Source: Candidatus Latescibacterota bacterium
GTDB lineage: Bacteria > Latescibacterota > UBA2968 > UBA8231
Length of the DNA stretch: 64,000 nucleotides
NCBI GenBank assembly: GCA_965200315.1
Contig: OZ241362.1
Location: 5,280,001 to 5,344,000, forward strand
Direction of reading: 5' to 3'
This document shows, one piece after another, positions 38,026 through 47,457 of the stretch. The translations under genes were made by a program, and so were the position numbers. The first letter of the stretch is position 1. The number at the start of each line of letters is the position of its first letter. The notes beneath the pieces were generated by a model, which saw only the letters and a program-made list of their open reading frames with translations, searched no databases and was not told the DNA's origin.

Positions 38026-39078
38026 ATGGAAAATCGTCCGCAAGTACTCATCGCCTGCAGCGAGCGGGTGCGCCATGGCTACCTGCCGCCAGAGGAGCTA
38101 ATGCGCCTAGAGCAGGTTGCCGATTGGGCGTGGTTTGCCTGCGAGGGCGGCAACATTTACCAGGCCAGCGAAGACGCCGAGGCCATCGCGCAGTTGGCCG
38201 AGGAAATGGACTCTGTAGATGCACTCGTCGTCTGCCACGGTGCGCCGAGGGTTAATGCGGCGGTCTTGGCAGCCGCCCCCCGGCTGCGCTTCATCGGCGA
38301 ACTGGAAGGCGACCGCTTTGCCACGCGCATCGATTTAGAGGCGGCGTGGGCGCGGGGCATCCGCACCGTGGATACGACCAATGGCTCGTCCTATCCGGTG
38401 GCCGAGTGGGCCTTGGCGCTGACGCTGATTGCCATGCGCAATGCCGGTGCGCTCTTCCGCCGCATCCTCGCTAGGAATACCCAAGACCGCTCCACCATTG
38501 AGCCGATGGCCGGGATGCTCACCGGCAAGCGGGTGGGCCTAATCGGCGGTGGCTACATGGGGCGGCGGCTGATGAAGCTGTTGCGGCCCTTTGAGGTCGA
38601 GCTGTGGGTCCACGATCCATATCTGTCTCAGGAGTTGTCCGAGGCGTTGGGCTTTTTGCTAACGTCGCTGGACAACGTGATGTCGCAGTGCGATGCGATT
38701 GTCTGCGTCGCGCCGCTGACGCCGCAGACCGAAGGCATGATTGGCCAGCGCGAGTTGGAGCTCATTCCGCCGGGAGCAGTTTTGGTGAACGTGTCGCGCG
38801 GGCCGATCTTCGACTCTGCGGCCCTGATCGAGCGCCTCAAGCGCGGCGACATTGCCGCCGGCTTTGATGTCTTCGACCCGGAGCCGATCCCGGCCGACAG
38901 CGAGATTATCGACCTGCCCAACGTGTTTTTGACCCCGCACTTTTCCGGGCGCGTGGGCGACGAATACCCGCATTTCTTCCGCCTCATGGTCGATGAATTG
39001 GAGCGATTTTTCGCTGGCCACGAGACCTATTTTGACCTGACGCCGCGCTCGCGGGCCAACCGCGGGGGACGCCCGTGA
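38026..39078 (+). CDS. D-isomer-specific 2-hydroxyacid dehydrogenase
   Basis: GLIGGGYMG, NVSRG, DVFDPEP and TPH motifs. Confidence 0.9.
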   Translation: MENRPQVLIACSERVRHGYLPPEELMRLEQVADWAWFACEGGNIYQASEDAEAIAQLAEEMDSVDALVVCHGAPRVNAAVLAAAPRLRFIGELEGDRFATRIDLEAAWARGIRTVDTTNGSSYPVAEWALALTLIAMRNAGALFRRILARNTQDRSTIEPMAGMLTGKRVGLIGGGYMGRRLMKLLRPFEVELWVHDPYLSQELSEALGFLLTSLDNVMSQCDAIVCVAPLTPQTEGMIGQRELELIPPGAVLVNVSRGPIFDSAALIERLKRGDIAAGFDVFDPEPIPADSEIIDLPNVFLTPHFSGRVGDEYPHFFRLMVDELERFFAGHETYFDLTPRSRANRGGRP

Positions 39079-39102
39079 CACGCTGCTGTTGCCTGTGCGA
39101 GG

Positions 39103-41451
39103 TCAGCGCAGCGGTAGGGAAGGCGCGAATTTCAGGCCGCCACCGTAGCCGGTTGCGCCCCGCGCTATGCGATCCATAGCCAGATACGCGTGCAACTTCC
39201 CGCTGTAGCCTAGGGAGATGCCGCTGCCCAAGCGGAACTGCCACGCCGTGCTGTCGGGTTCCCGCAAGTCCAGCGCGAAGCCCGGCCGGCGCACATAGGT
39301 GGCGGTCTGGAACGTGCTGCGGAATACAGAGGCGCCTAACCAGCCCAGCTTCAACGCCACGCCGCGCTGCTGGAAGCGGCGCACGCCAAGCACTTGGGAT
39401 ATGGCCGCCCGCGTTTCGCCAGTCCCCAACAGCACCGCCAAGGTCAAGGCGCGGCCGCCCAGCGCGAAGTGCTTGCCGCCTGCTACGCGCCAGCCGGCGG
39501 CGGTGTGCAGGGCATGGTGTGCGAACAAGTCTAGGTTTGCAAAACCGCTCGTGCCGCGCCAGCCCAAGCGCAAGGACCCTATCCGGTCGCGTTCGACGTA
39601 GAACAGGGCGTTTGTCGGGCGCGCCGCCGCGCGTGGCCACACAGGCGCGTTGGCAAACGAGAGGAGACCGCGATTGAGGGACGCTTGGGTTTGCGCGAGC
39701 GGCGGCGAGAAGGTGCTCGCCGGAGCGTCGGCAAGCGTGCCGACGAATGGGATTGGCGCGTCGATCGCGCCTTCTACGACCATCCTCAGTGTGCCCGCGC
39801 CCTGCGTGGCCACGCGGATGCCGATGCGGCTGGCGCGGATCGTGCCGCTATGGAAAATACTCACGTCGCCGCCCTCGCTGCTGGCGTCGATGCCGATGCC
39901 GTTGTCGCCCCCGGCCACGATGTCGCCAGAATTGCGGACCTCGACATGGCCGACTCGGTAGATTCTGTGGGCGCACAGCGAGTCCGGCAGCGTACCATCG
40001 GCTAGGGTCGGACAGCTTGGTGCAGGCACCATGGCGCCGAGCGCACTGGCTAGGATTCCCACCGCGGCCGGGCCTTGCACGTTGATGGTGCCTGCGTTGC
40101 TCGCTGCGATGCTGCCGCTGCGGTGATGGATGGCGTGGATGCCGTGCGCTTCCTCGCTGTCGGCGTGGATGCGGCCGGTATTGGCCGCATAGATGGCGTC
40201 GTGGTGTGAAGTATCGGGATACCAAGGGACTTGTTCCATGTCTTTCGGAGCATGCCTGCGGGCGAGGAAGAATCCTTCCGCCCAAATCCCGTGGCCCCAT
40301 CTGCTTCCGGCGACTGTGAGGTCGCCTTCGTTGATGGCGAATATCCGGCCCGCCTGCGTATTGAACGTTTGGATCCCGAAAGCTCTGCGCCCACCCCTCG
40401 CCGCAATCGTGCCGTATTCGTAGTTGCGTGCGTACACGTCTCCCGGGACGCGCTTCGCCTCGTTGGGGACGATCTCGTGCAGGGCGTCGTGACAGCGGTT
40501 GCCGGGCAAAGGCCACGGCGCACAATTGTCGGCGTGTAGGCCCATGGCAGTGTTCCCTTGCACGGTAATCTGGCCGAAGTTGTACCCTTGCGCGTGGCCC
40601 CACAAGCTCTGCGCCGATATGCCACGCGCCTCAGCGCCGGAGAGGTCAATGCGTCCGTAGTTGATCATGCGCGTGAGCTGACTGCCGCCGGTCTCGGCCT
40701 TGAGTCCATCGGTCCGGCCGTTGAAGTCGCCGGTGGCAATGAGTTGGCCGGCCGGCATGTTGATCGCCTCGACAAAATGCGTGGGGTCGTGGGGTGCCGC
40801 GCCCTTGTTGATGCTGGCTACCACGAGGCGAATGTCCGGCCGGCCGCGCGACTCGTCGGCAAATCCCGTGACTTGGATGGTGCCGTAGTTGACGATCCGA
40901 ATGTTGCCAGACCCGTTGTGCGACACCGCGCGAATCCCGCGCCCGCTGCCGTGGACCTCGAGATGGCCGCGATTGACGGCCACCAGATCACCGGCGTTGC
41001 CCCCGGTAATGAAGCCGACCGCCCACGCGCTCTGGACGCGCACCACGGCGTTTTTGCCAATCAGAATCGAGTGGCCGCCGCTGGCAGCGGCGCGGTTTAC
41101 GATCTCGATGCCGTGATGTCGCTCGGGCAGCGTCGCCGTGCCATGGAAAGACAGATGGGTGTCGTTGTGTACGCCGGGATTGACGGTTTGCAGATGGTCG
41201 CCGTCAATGAAATGGGTCGCCGGCGTTAGTGGGTCGTGATTGGTAGCTGGGGCCGGTCGGAACGCCGGGTCAGGTTCTGGCAACGGCTGCGATGATGCCG
41301 TTGCGTCTTCTGCTGGACAGGCCGCGTCTTGTGGCACCATATCGCCCGTCGGGCTCACAGGTTCCGGTGGATCGTCGGCCTTTGCATCGCCTAGACCAAA
41401 CCAAAAAGCCGCCGTCGCCGCAATCAAAGACTTCCTTTTGTTAGCTAACAT
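39103..41451 (-). CDS. Exported beta-helical repeat protein (autotransporter/adhesin-like)
   Basis: Signal peptide MLANKRK..AKA, Pro-rich linker, repeated NxGxI...G...GIxA rungs, amphipathic C-terminus. Confidence 0.65.
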   Translation of the reverse strand: MLANKRKSLIAATAAFWFGLGDAKADDPPEPVSPTGDMVPQDAACPAEDATASSQPLPEPDPAFRPAPATNHDPLTPATHFIDGDHLQTVNPGVHNDTHLSFHGTATLPERHHGIEIVNRAAASGGHSILIGKNAVVRVQSAWAVGFITGGNAGDLVAVNRGHLEVHGSGRGIRAVSHNGSGNIRIVNYGTIQVTGFADESRGRPDIRLVVASINKGAAPHDPTHFVEAINMPAGQLIATGDFNGRTDGLKAETGGSQLTRMINYGRIDLSGAEARGISAQSLWGHAQGYNFGQITVQGNTAMGLHADNCAPWPLPGNRCHDALHEIVPNEAKRVPGDVYARNYEYGTIAARGGRRAFGIQTFNTQAGRIFAINEGDLTVAGSRWGHGIWAEGFFLARRHAPKDMEQVPWYPDTSHHDAIYAANTGRIHADSEEAHGIHAIHHRSGSIAASNAGTINVQGPAAVGILASALGAMVPAPSCPTLADGTLPDSLCAHRIYRVGHVEVRNSGDIVAGGDNGIGIDASSEGGDVSIFHSGTIRASRIGIRVATQGAGTLRMVVEGAIDAPIPFVGTLADAPASTFSPPLAQTQASLNRGLLSFANAPVWPRAAARPTNALFYVERDRIGSLRLGWRGTSGFANLDLFAHHALHTAAGWRVAGGKHFALGGRALTLAVLLGTGETRAAISQVLGVRRFQQRGVALKLGWLGASVFRSTFQTATYVRRPGFALDLREPDSTAWQFRLGSGISLGYSGKLHAYLAMDRIARGATGYGGGLKFAPSLPLR

Positions 41452-41753
41452 TTCGTGCCTCGTGGATGGGTGGTTCGTCGCTTCGAGCACGTGCGAAGGG
41501 CCTTCAGAGCTGGTCAGACAGAGCAGGGTCGCCAGCGACGATTGGGTTTAGCCCATAAACCTCAAGCGTTCATTTAAGGTAATTGTTGCGCTTGGTACTG
41601 CAGTTGAGAAGTTAAGCAAATGTCCGGTGCTCGAATGGGCAGGAGCCGGAATTTTGTTTTTTATTTGTGAGTGTGTTGCGTACCTTGTCTCGATTTAAGA
41701 GAGCCTAACCAAACGTGCGGTTGGGCTGGCCGCCTCCGTCGGATGCCTGCGGG

Positions 41754-41795
41754 CCACTGACCACTAACCACTAACCGCTGACGACTGACGACTAA
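41754..41795 (+). repeat. Heptamer tandem repeat (6 units)
   Basis: CCACTGA CCACTAA CCACTAA CCGCTGA CGACTGA CGACTAA, ending 3 bp before the sulfatase ATG. Confidence 0.85.
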
Positions 41796-41798
41796 CAA

Positions 41799-43229
41799 AT
41801 GAATCGTCCCAACCTACTCTACATCTTCACCGATCAGCAGCGCGTGGATACGCTGCGCTGCTATGGCAACGAGCAGATCGAGACTCCGACCCTCGACGCG
41901 CTGGCCGCGGATGGCTTTGTCTTTGAAAACGCCTATGTGAGCCAGCCGGTGTGCAGCCCGGCGCGGGCCACCATGCTGACCGGGCTGTGGCCGCACACCG
42001 CTGGCGTGCCGGCGTGTAATGTGCCGCTGCGCGCCGAGGTGCCGACGTTTGCCGAGATGCTGCCGCCGGAATATCAGACGGCCTTTATGGGCAAATGGCA
42101 CTTGGGGGATGAGATTTTTCCCCAGCACGGGTTTGCAACGTGGGTCGGCAGCGAAGACTCGTATCGGCGTTGCTATTCCGCGACGGAGCGGCTGGACGTG
42201 CTCAGCCCGTATCACCACTTCTTGGTCGAGCAGGGGTTTGCGCCCGACGCGGACAATCTCGGCCAGCGCGTGTTCTCGCGCCACGCCGAGGCCTCCATGC
42301 CGGAAGAGTACACCAAGGCGGCGTTTTTGGGCGATCGGGCCGCGGAGTACATCCGCCAGAGCGGCGACGCGCCGTTTGCGCTGTGCGTCAGCTATCTGGA
42401 GCCGCATCCGCCGCACACTGGGCCGCTCAACGAGTACTACGACCCAGAGCTCCTGCCGACTGGGCCGAGCTTTCGGCAGCCTCCGCCGGACGACGTGCCC
42501 TTAATCGTGCGGCTGATGGCGGCCTTTTATTCGGCTTCGGAAAACTACGGGTTGGACTTGCAGACCGAGGCTGGCTGGCGCGGGCTGATGGCTCGCTATT
42601 GGGGCAATGTGACGCTGGTGGATCGCTCGGTAGCCCAGATCCTCCAGGCTTTGGACGAGAGTGGCAAGGCCGACGATACCATTGTGATTTTCACGTCGGA
42701 TCACGGCGAGCTCATGGGCGATCACGGGATTTTGGGCAAGACCCTGATGTACGAGGAGTCGATTAAGGTGCCGTTGCTGCTAAGCGCACCTATGTTGGAT
42801 GCGCAGCCAAGGAGAATCGGCGGCCAGTTCAGTCACATCGACTTGGTGCCCACGCTACTCGACTTGCTGGGGTTGGAAATACCGGACCATTTGCAGGGGC
42901 AGAGCCGGGTGCCAGTGCTGTGCGGCCGCGATGATTTGGCGGCCAACGACGTGTTTGTCGAGTGGAGCGGAGCCGACGGGCATCCGCCGGCCTCGATCGG
43001 CGAGGCCGAACCGAACCGCAGCTTGGTGCATCCCTTCCGCACCATTGTCGCAGCCGATGGTTGGAAGCTCAACCTGTACGGCAAGGGCCAAGGCGAGCTA
43101 TACGATCTGAACGCGGACCCTCACGAGCTGGAAAATCTATACCACCGGCCCGAGCAGCGGGCGCGGATCGGCGAACTGAGTGCGCGGATTCGCGCTTGGC
43201 AGGCGCAGACCGGCGACGAGGAAGACTGA
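41799..43229 (+). CDS. Sulfatase (Cys-type formylglycine)
   Basis: PNLLYIFTDQ, CSPARATMLTG, GKWHLG and SDHGE motifs. Confidence 0.93.
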   Translation: MNRPNLLYIFTDQQRVDTLRCYGNEQIETPTLDALAADGFVFENAYVSQPVCSPARATMLTGLWPHTAGVPACNVPLRAEVPTFAEMLPPEYQTAFMGKWHLGDEIFPQHGFATWVGSEDSYRRCYSATERLDVLSPYHHFLVEQGFAPDADNLGQRVFSRHAEASMPEEYTKAAFLGDRAAEYIRQSGDAPFALCVSYLEPHPPHTGPLNEYYDPELLPTGPSFRQPPPDDVPLIVRLMAAFYSASENYGLDLQTEAGWRGLMARYWGNVTLVDRSVAQILQALDESGKADDTIVIFTSDHGELMGDHGILGKTLMYEESIKVPLLLSAPMLDAQPRRIGGQFSHIDLVPTLLDLLGLEIPDHLQGQSRVPVLCGRDDLAANDVFVEWSGADGHPPASIGEAEPNRSLVHPFRTIVAADGWKLNLYGKGQGELYDLNADPHELENLYHRPEQRARIGELSARIRAWQAQTGDEED

Positions 43230-43250
43230 GGGAAAGGGGTTTGAAGCTAG

Positions 43251-43499
43251 CTACAGCCGGCGTACAAACTCTTTAACACGTCTTTGAACGCTTCCAGACA
43301 TCCTCCATCTCCGTGGCCAATCCGCGGCAGAGCTCTCAGCGCAATTGGAAGCCGTATATATTTCTGAAGAGATAGCGGAAGCGCAGATAAGGTCGCAGTG
43401 CGCCTGTCCCCGCGCTTGTTGTGCGGCTCGAGCGAGCGCTTCTCGCTCTTGGCTCAGACGCTTTTGCCAAGCCGCGATGTACGACCTGTAGGCATCCAT
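43251..43499 (-). pseudogene. Collapsed MNT-HEPN toxin-antitoxin remnant
   Basis: MNT-like N-terminus (YIAAWQKRL..AQQAR..A) abuts, in another frame (43389-43273), YLRFRYLFRNIYGFQLR*ELC, a degenerate HEPN RHxxRxxY motif. Confidence 0.65.
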
Positions 43500-43544
43500 A
43501 AACGGAAGAGGTAACTAGAAGCTACGGCACACACGGGGACGCTG

Positions 43545-44618
43545 CTAGCGAAAAAGCGCCCCTTCTAGTGCCTCTGCGTAGGTTTGCGAACGACCGGAGT
43601 GGTCGCCGCCGAGCCAGCGGTAGGCCCTCGGATAGAGCGCGAGCGAGCGGTCGGCGAGCGGCAGGTCGAGCGGCACATTGCCCCACAGTGCCGAGTACTT
43701 GGCGGCAATGGCCACTTCGAGCGATTGGCGCAGGTCGTGGCCGGAGATGTACAGCTCACCGCCGTTTTCTAAGACATCTAAAAACGACAGCACCGAAGTG
43801 CCCATGTAGGAGAAGCGAGGGTATTCGAGCGGGGTGTAGGGGCGGTCGGTTTTTATACGGGCACCCTGCGCGTCGCGGCCTTGGAAAATTTCGGGCGGCC
43901 CCCAGTCCCAGCGCACGAGCGCGTCGGCGGTCCACACATCCACGCCGCGGTTGGGCGTTGGTTGGCCAAAGACCGGGCAGGCGAGGCCGTTGCTGAGTAA
44001 AAATTGCCCGTTGATAATCAGGCCCTCGTCGTCGTCGCGCCCGAGGGCTTCCTGCGGCGTCCCCCAAGCGGTGACTTGGGTGATCTCGGCTTGGGTGAAG
44101 AGCCGCAGCACGGCGATGTGCTGGCAGCCCCCGCCGGAAATCTCACCACCCCAACCGTGGACACTGGCCCCGCGCAATGGGCCGTACTGGCCGGCGCGTA
44201 GCCAACCGGCCGCTTCTTGCACCTCGCCCATGGCCCTTTGCAGGTTGCCGCCGGCAAAGACCACGCCGCGCGCTTGGCATTCCTCGATCATGGCATCGAC
44301 ATCCGACAGGCGAGCCTCAATGGGCTTGTCGGTGGAGACGCCCTTGACGCCCGCTTGAGCGGCGGCGATGACGGCCTCCTTGATGTACTGGCCGGGCAGC
44401 ACGACTGCGGCAATATCGGGCACCACGTGGCGGAAGAGGTCCTGTGCGTCTTGGTAAAGGGCGCGGACGCCGAAGCGTTCGCCGACGGCTTGGCGGCGCT
44501 CGGGATTGTATTCGGCAATGGCGACTAGCTCGGTGTTGGGCAGGGTTTGATAGACTTCGGCGTAGTGCTGGCCGAGGCGGCCGCAGCCGATGATGGCGAC
44601 CGTGTGTTTTTCGTCCAT
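43545..44618 (-). CDS. Gfo/Idh/MocA oxidoreductase
   Basis: IIGCGRLG Rossmann motif, DKP (EKP-like), GGGCQH. Confidence 0.88.
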   Translation of the reverse strand: MDEKHTVAIIGCGRLGQHYAEVYQTLPNTELVAIAEYNPERRQAVGERFGVRALYQDAQDLFRHVVPDIAAVVLPGQYIKEAVIAAAQAGVKGVSTDKPIEARLSDVDAMIEECQARGVVFAGGNLQRAMGEVQEAAGWLRAGQYGPLRGASVHGWGGEISGGGCQHIAVLRLFTQAEITQVTAWGTPQEALGRDDDEGLIINGQFLLSNGLACPVFGQPTPNRGVDVWTADALVRWDWGPPEIFQGRDAQGARIKTDRPYTPLEYPRFSYMGTSVLSFLDVLENGGELYISGHDLRQSLEVAIAAKYSALWGNVPLDLPLADRSLALYPRAYRWLGGDHSGRSQTYAEALEGALFR

Positions 44619-44648
44619 GAGGGAACTCCTTTAGGCTTCGACCTCAGC

Positions 44649-46343
44649 TCAGCCGAAGGTTGGTGCGCCCGCGCGGTACGTTGCTGCGACCCAAGCGGCG
44701 CTTTGGGCGACAGGTGATAGATATACCTCGGCGATGGTGCCTTGGAAGCGGGCGCTACCCCCGGCGATGTGGCCGATGGTCACGGGGATGGCCGTTTGTT
44801 GCAACGGGCGGCCACAAGCGGAGCGCGAAGCTGCGAGTGCGCCGTCGATGTAGAGCTGGATGCAGGTGCCGTCGTACACTCCGGCGAGGTGATGGACGCC
44901 GGGTGCGAGGGTTTGGTGTGCGGCAATGCTGACTGCGCCGCCGGTGGTGTTGACGATAAAGCTGGGGCCGGGCACGGCCGCGCAAAGCCCGCCGTTGTGT
45001 CCTACGTCCGAGTAGCGCAGGGAGAACGCACCGTCTGCCCCGAGGGTGTCGTAGCGCAGGACGCGGCCGTGGGCGTGGCTGCCGTCGCGGTCGCCGCGCC
45101 AGGGAGCCGTGTAGAAGTAGCGGCCATCGAATGCGCCGGCGTTGTACGCGGTCGTGTGCAGGCCGTCGGTATAGCTGGCGTCGTGCGTATCCCAAGCGGC
45201 TGGGTCGTCGAATGGTGCGGCCGTGTCGTAGCGCAGCCAAGAGCCGTGAAAGACGCTCTCTCCGGGCGCGGCGGCGCGGGTGAAGGGCACGTAGTATAGG
45301 TAGCGTCCGTCGAAGAAACCGCCGTCAAAGCCGCTGTTCTCCACGGGAACATAGGTGTCCCAGCTTTGCGGGTCGTCAAACGGCGCGGCCGTGTCGTAGC
45401 GCAGCATGGTGCTGTTGCCGTAAGAGCAAAAATAGATGTGCCGCCCGTCGAACACGGCACCGACGTTTAGCTGCATCCCCAAGGGGCGGGCGTCGTATAG
45501 GTCCCAGCTTTGCGGGTCGGCGAAATCCCCGGCGACTGCGTAGCGGAGGACGTGGCCGCTGCTGAGCGGCGCGAAGTAGATGTGCCGCCCGTCGAATGCG
45601 GCACCGTCGAAACAGGCCGCCTCTCGGTGGAGTTGTTGGGCGTTGAAGACGGCGTAGCTCGTGGGGTCCTTCAGGAGCGCACGGGTGTCGTAGCGAAGGA
45701 TGTGGCCGCTGTGCTCGTCATCCAAACCGCCCGTTGATGCGCGGGTGTAGCCCGGGCAGCAGTAGAGGTAGCACCCGTCAAAGGCGAGGCCCTGTCCCGA
45801 GTGGGGGAGCTGGGCGTCGTGAGCAGCCCAAGCGGCAGGGTCTTTGAAGTCGGCTTGGGTGTCGTAGCGCAAGAGCCGCGAGTGGTGGACGATGCCGTCG
45901 TCGCGGGGGTTGAAGTACGCGTAGCGGCCGTCAAAGGCTCCTCCGTAGAAGCCCGCGGTGTGCAGGCCGTCGGTATAGCTGGCGTCGTAGGCGGCCCAAG
46001 CGGCGGGGTCTTTGAAGTCGGCTTGGGTGTCGAGGCGGAGGACGCGGCCGTGGACGGACGTGCGCTCATTCCGGTCGCGGATGGGGCAGAAGTATGTGTA
46101 GCGGCCATCGAATACCGAGCCGAAGTAGCCTTGGGTCACCAAGCCGTCGGTGTGGCCGGCGTCGTAGGCGGAGAAGGCGTCGAATGCAGCGCGGGGCTGC
46201 CACTGCGAGACGAGCGGCTGCATGGCTTCGGCGCGGGTGGAGGGGCTTTCGACCCAAGCGGCGACCGTCAGGGCCTTGCCGAGGGAGCAGTCGAGCGCGA
46301 AGGGGGTGTTGGAGCGGCTGCGGTATTCGGGGGTTGCGGACAT
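44649..46343 (-). CDS. LamG-like jelly-roll with inserted 7x FDGRY beta-propeller
   Basis: N-terminal LTVAAWV and C-terminal HHLAGVYDG..LYIDG..FQGTIAEV (LamG halves) flank seven FDG(R/C)(Y/H)xY repeats. Confidence 0.75.
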   Translation of the reverse strand: MSATPEYRSRSNTPFALDCSLGKALTVAAWVESPSTRAEAMQPLVSQWQPRAAFDAFSAYDAGHTDGLVTQGYFGSVFDGRYTYFCPIRDRNERTSVHGRVLRLDTQADFKDPAAWAAYDASYTDGLHTAGFYGGAFDGRYAYFNPRDDGIVHHSRLLRYDTQADFKDPAAWAAHDAQLPHSGQGLAFDGCYLYCCPGYTRASTGGLDDEHSGHILRYDTRALLKDPTSYAVFNAQQLHREAACFDGAAFDGRHIYFAPLSSGHVLRYAVAGDFADPQSWDLYDARPLGMQLNVGAVFDGRHIYFCSYGNSTMLRYDTAAPFDDPQSWDTYVPVENSGFDGGFFDGRYLYYVPFTRAAAPGESVFHGSWLRYDTAAPFDDPAAWDTHDASYTDGLHTTAYNAGAFDGRYFYTAPWRGDRDGSHAHGRVLRYDTLGADGAFSLRYSDVGHNGGLCAAVPGPSFIVNTTGGAVSIAAHQTLAPGVHHLAGVYDGTCIQLYIDGALAASRSACGRPLQQTAIPVTIGHIAGGSARFQGTIAEVYLSPVAQSAAWVAATYRAGAPTFG

Positions 46344-46354
46344 GGCTTTGTATT

Positions 46355-47446
46355 CTAAGGGAAAACGTGGCGTTCCACCAAGTAGCGCTCGATGCCATCG
46401 CGGTCGAGGGTGTAGCCCAAACCCGGTCGGTCGGAGACTAGGAAGCTGCCTTCTGCGAGGACGAATTCCTCGTTGACCAAGGAGTGCTCCCAGGCGATGG
46501 GGCCGACCATGTCGTAGGGCTGGGTCAAATGGGGCATGCAGGCGGCCACGTGCAGGCCCATAGCGGCACCTGGACCATAGGCCACGGTCTGCGACCAGCC
46601 GCCCAGCCCCAGCGCGTGCGCTAGCTGCGAGCGGTGCAAGGTTTCAAAGTGGCTGGCGCCGCCGACAATGACGTAGTCGAGGGCCTCGGCCTGAAAGCGG
46701 CGCAACAGATCGGCCGCGTCGCCGACGTGGTCGCCAATGGGCAGGTGGATCGTGTGGCGCAGGCGACGCCACTCGGAAAACGTGCCGCCGCGAGTGCCTT
46801 TGGCAATGGGGCTTTCGAGCGAGTCGAGGCGATGGCCCTGTAGGCGGCGGGCCAGCTCTTGGGCCACCCAGACTTCCTCTAAGCGCCAGCGAATATCCGG
46901 GCGCACCACCATGTCGGGGACCACGCGGTGGATGGCCTCGATCCGGTCGGTGATGTAGCGGATGCACTCTTCGGGGGTTTTCTCGCGGCTGGTGATGCAC
47001 TTCATCTTGTAGGCGCGGAAGCCCTGCTCCCAGCCCCATTGCGCGTCCTCGGCGGTGTGTTCGGGCGTTTTGTACCCGGTGCATTGGGTCACTGGGATGC
47101 GGTCGCGCAACCGCCCGCCCAATAGTTGCCAGATAGGTACGCCCAAGGCTTGGCCGCGCAAGTCGAGCACGGCCTGCTCAAAAGCGCCTTGCAGGGGGCC
47201 GTTGCCCTGCGCCAAGTTGACTTGGAGGACGTCCTGCCCCAGCCAAGTAGCAAACTGCTGGCGCATGGTGTCCAAGGCGGTAAAACGCCCGATTAGCGTC
47301 AGGCCGGTCAAGCCCTGATCGGTCTCGACTTCGGCGACGCCGTGCTCGGTGCGCTGGTGCAGGGGTTGGCCGTACACATCGTCCGACCACCACCAGTGGC
47401 GCTCGGGCACGTTGACGATGTGGAGAATGATGCGGGTAATTTTCAC
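46355..47446 (-). CDS. Mandelate racemase/muconate lactonizing enzyme family
   Basis: VETDQGLTG, LDLRGQALGVPIWQLLGG, YKMK, ESP and PGLG motifs. Confidence 0.88.
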   Translation of the reverse strand: MKITRIILHIVNVPERHWWWSDDVYGQPLHQRTEHGVAEVETDQGLTGLTLIGRFTALDTMRQQFATWLGQDVLQVNLAQGNGPLQGAFEQAVLDLRGQALGVPIWQLLGGRLRDRIPVTQCTGYKTPEHTAEDAQWGWEQGFRAYKMKCITSREKTPEECIRYITDRIEAIHRVVPDMVVRPDIRWRLEEVWVAQELARRLQGHRLDSLESPIAKGTRGGTFSEWRRLRHTIHLPIGDHVGDAADLLRRFQAEALDYVIVGGASHFETLHRSQLAHALGLGGWSQTVAYGPGAAMGLHVAACMPHLTQPYDMVGPIAWEHSLVNEEFVLAEGSFLVSDRPGLGYTLDRDGIERYLVERHVFP

Positions 47447-47457
47447 GGGGGCCTCCT

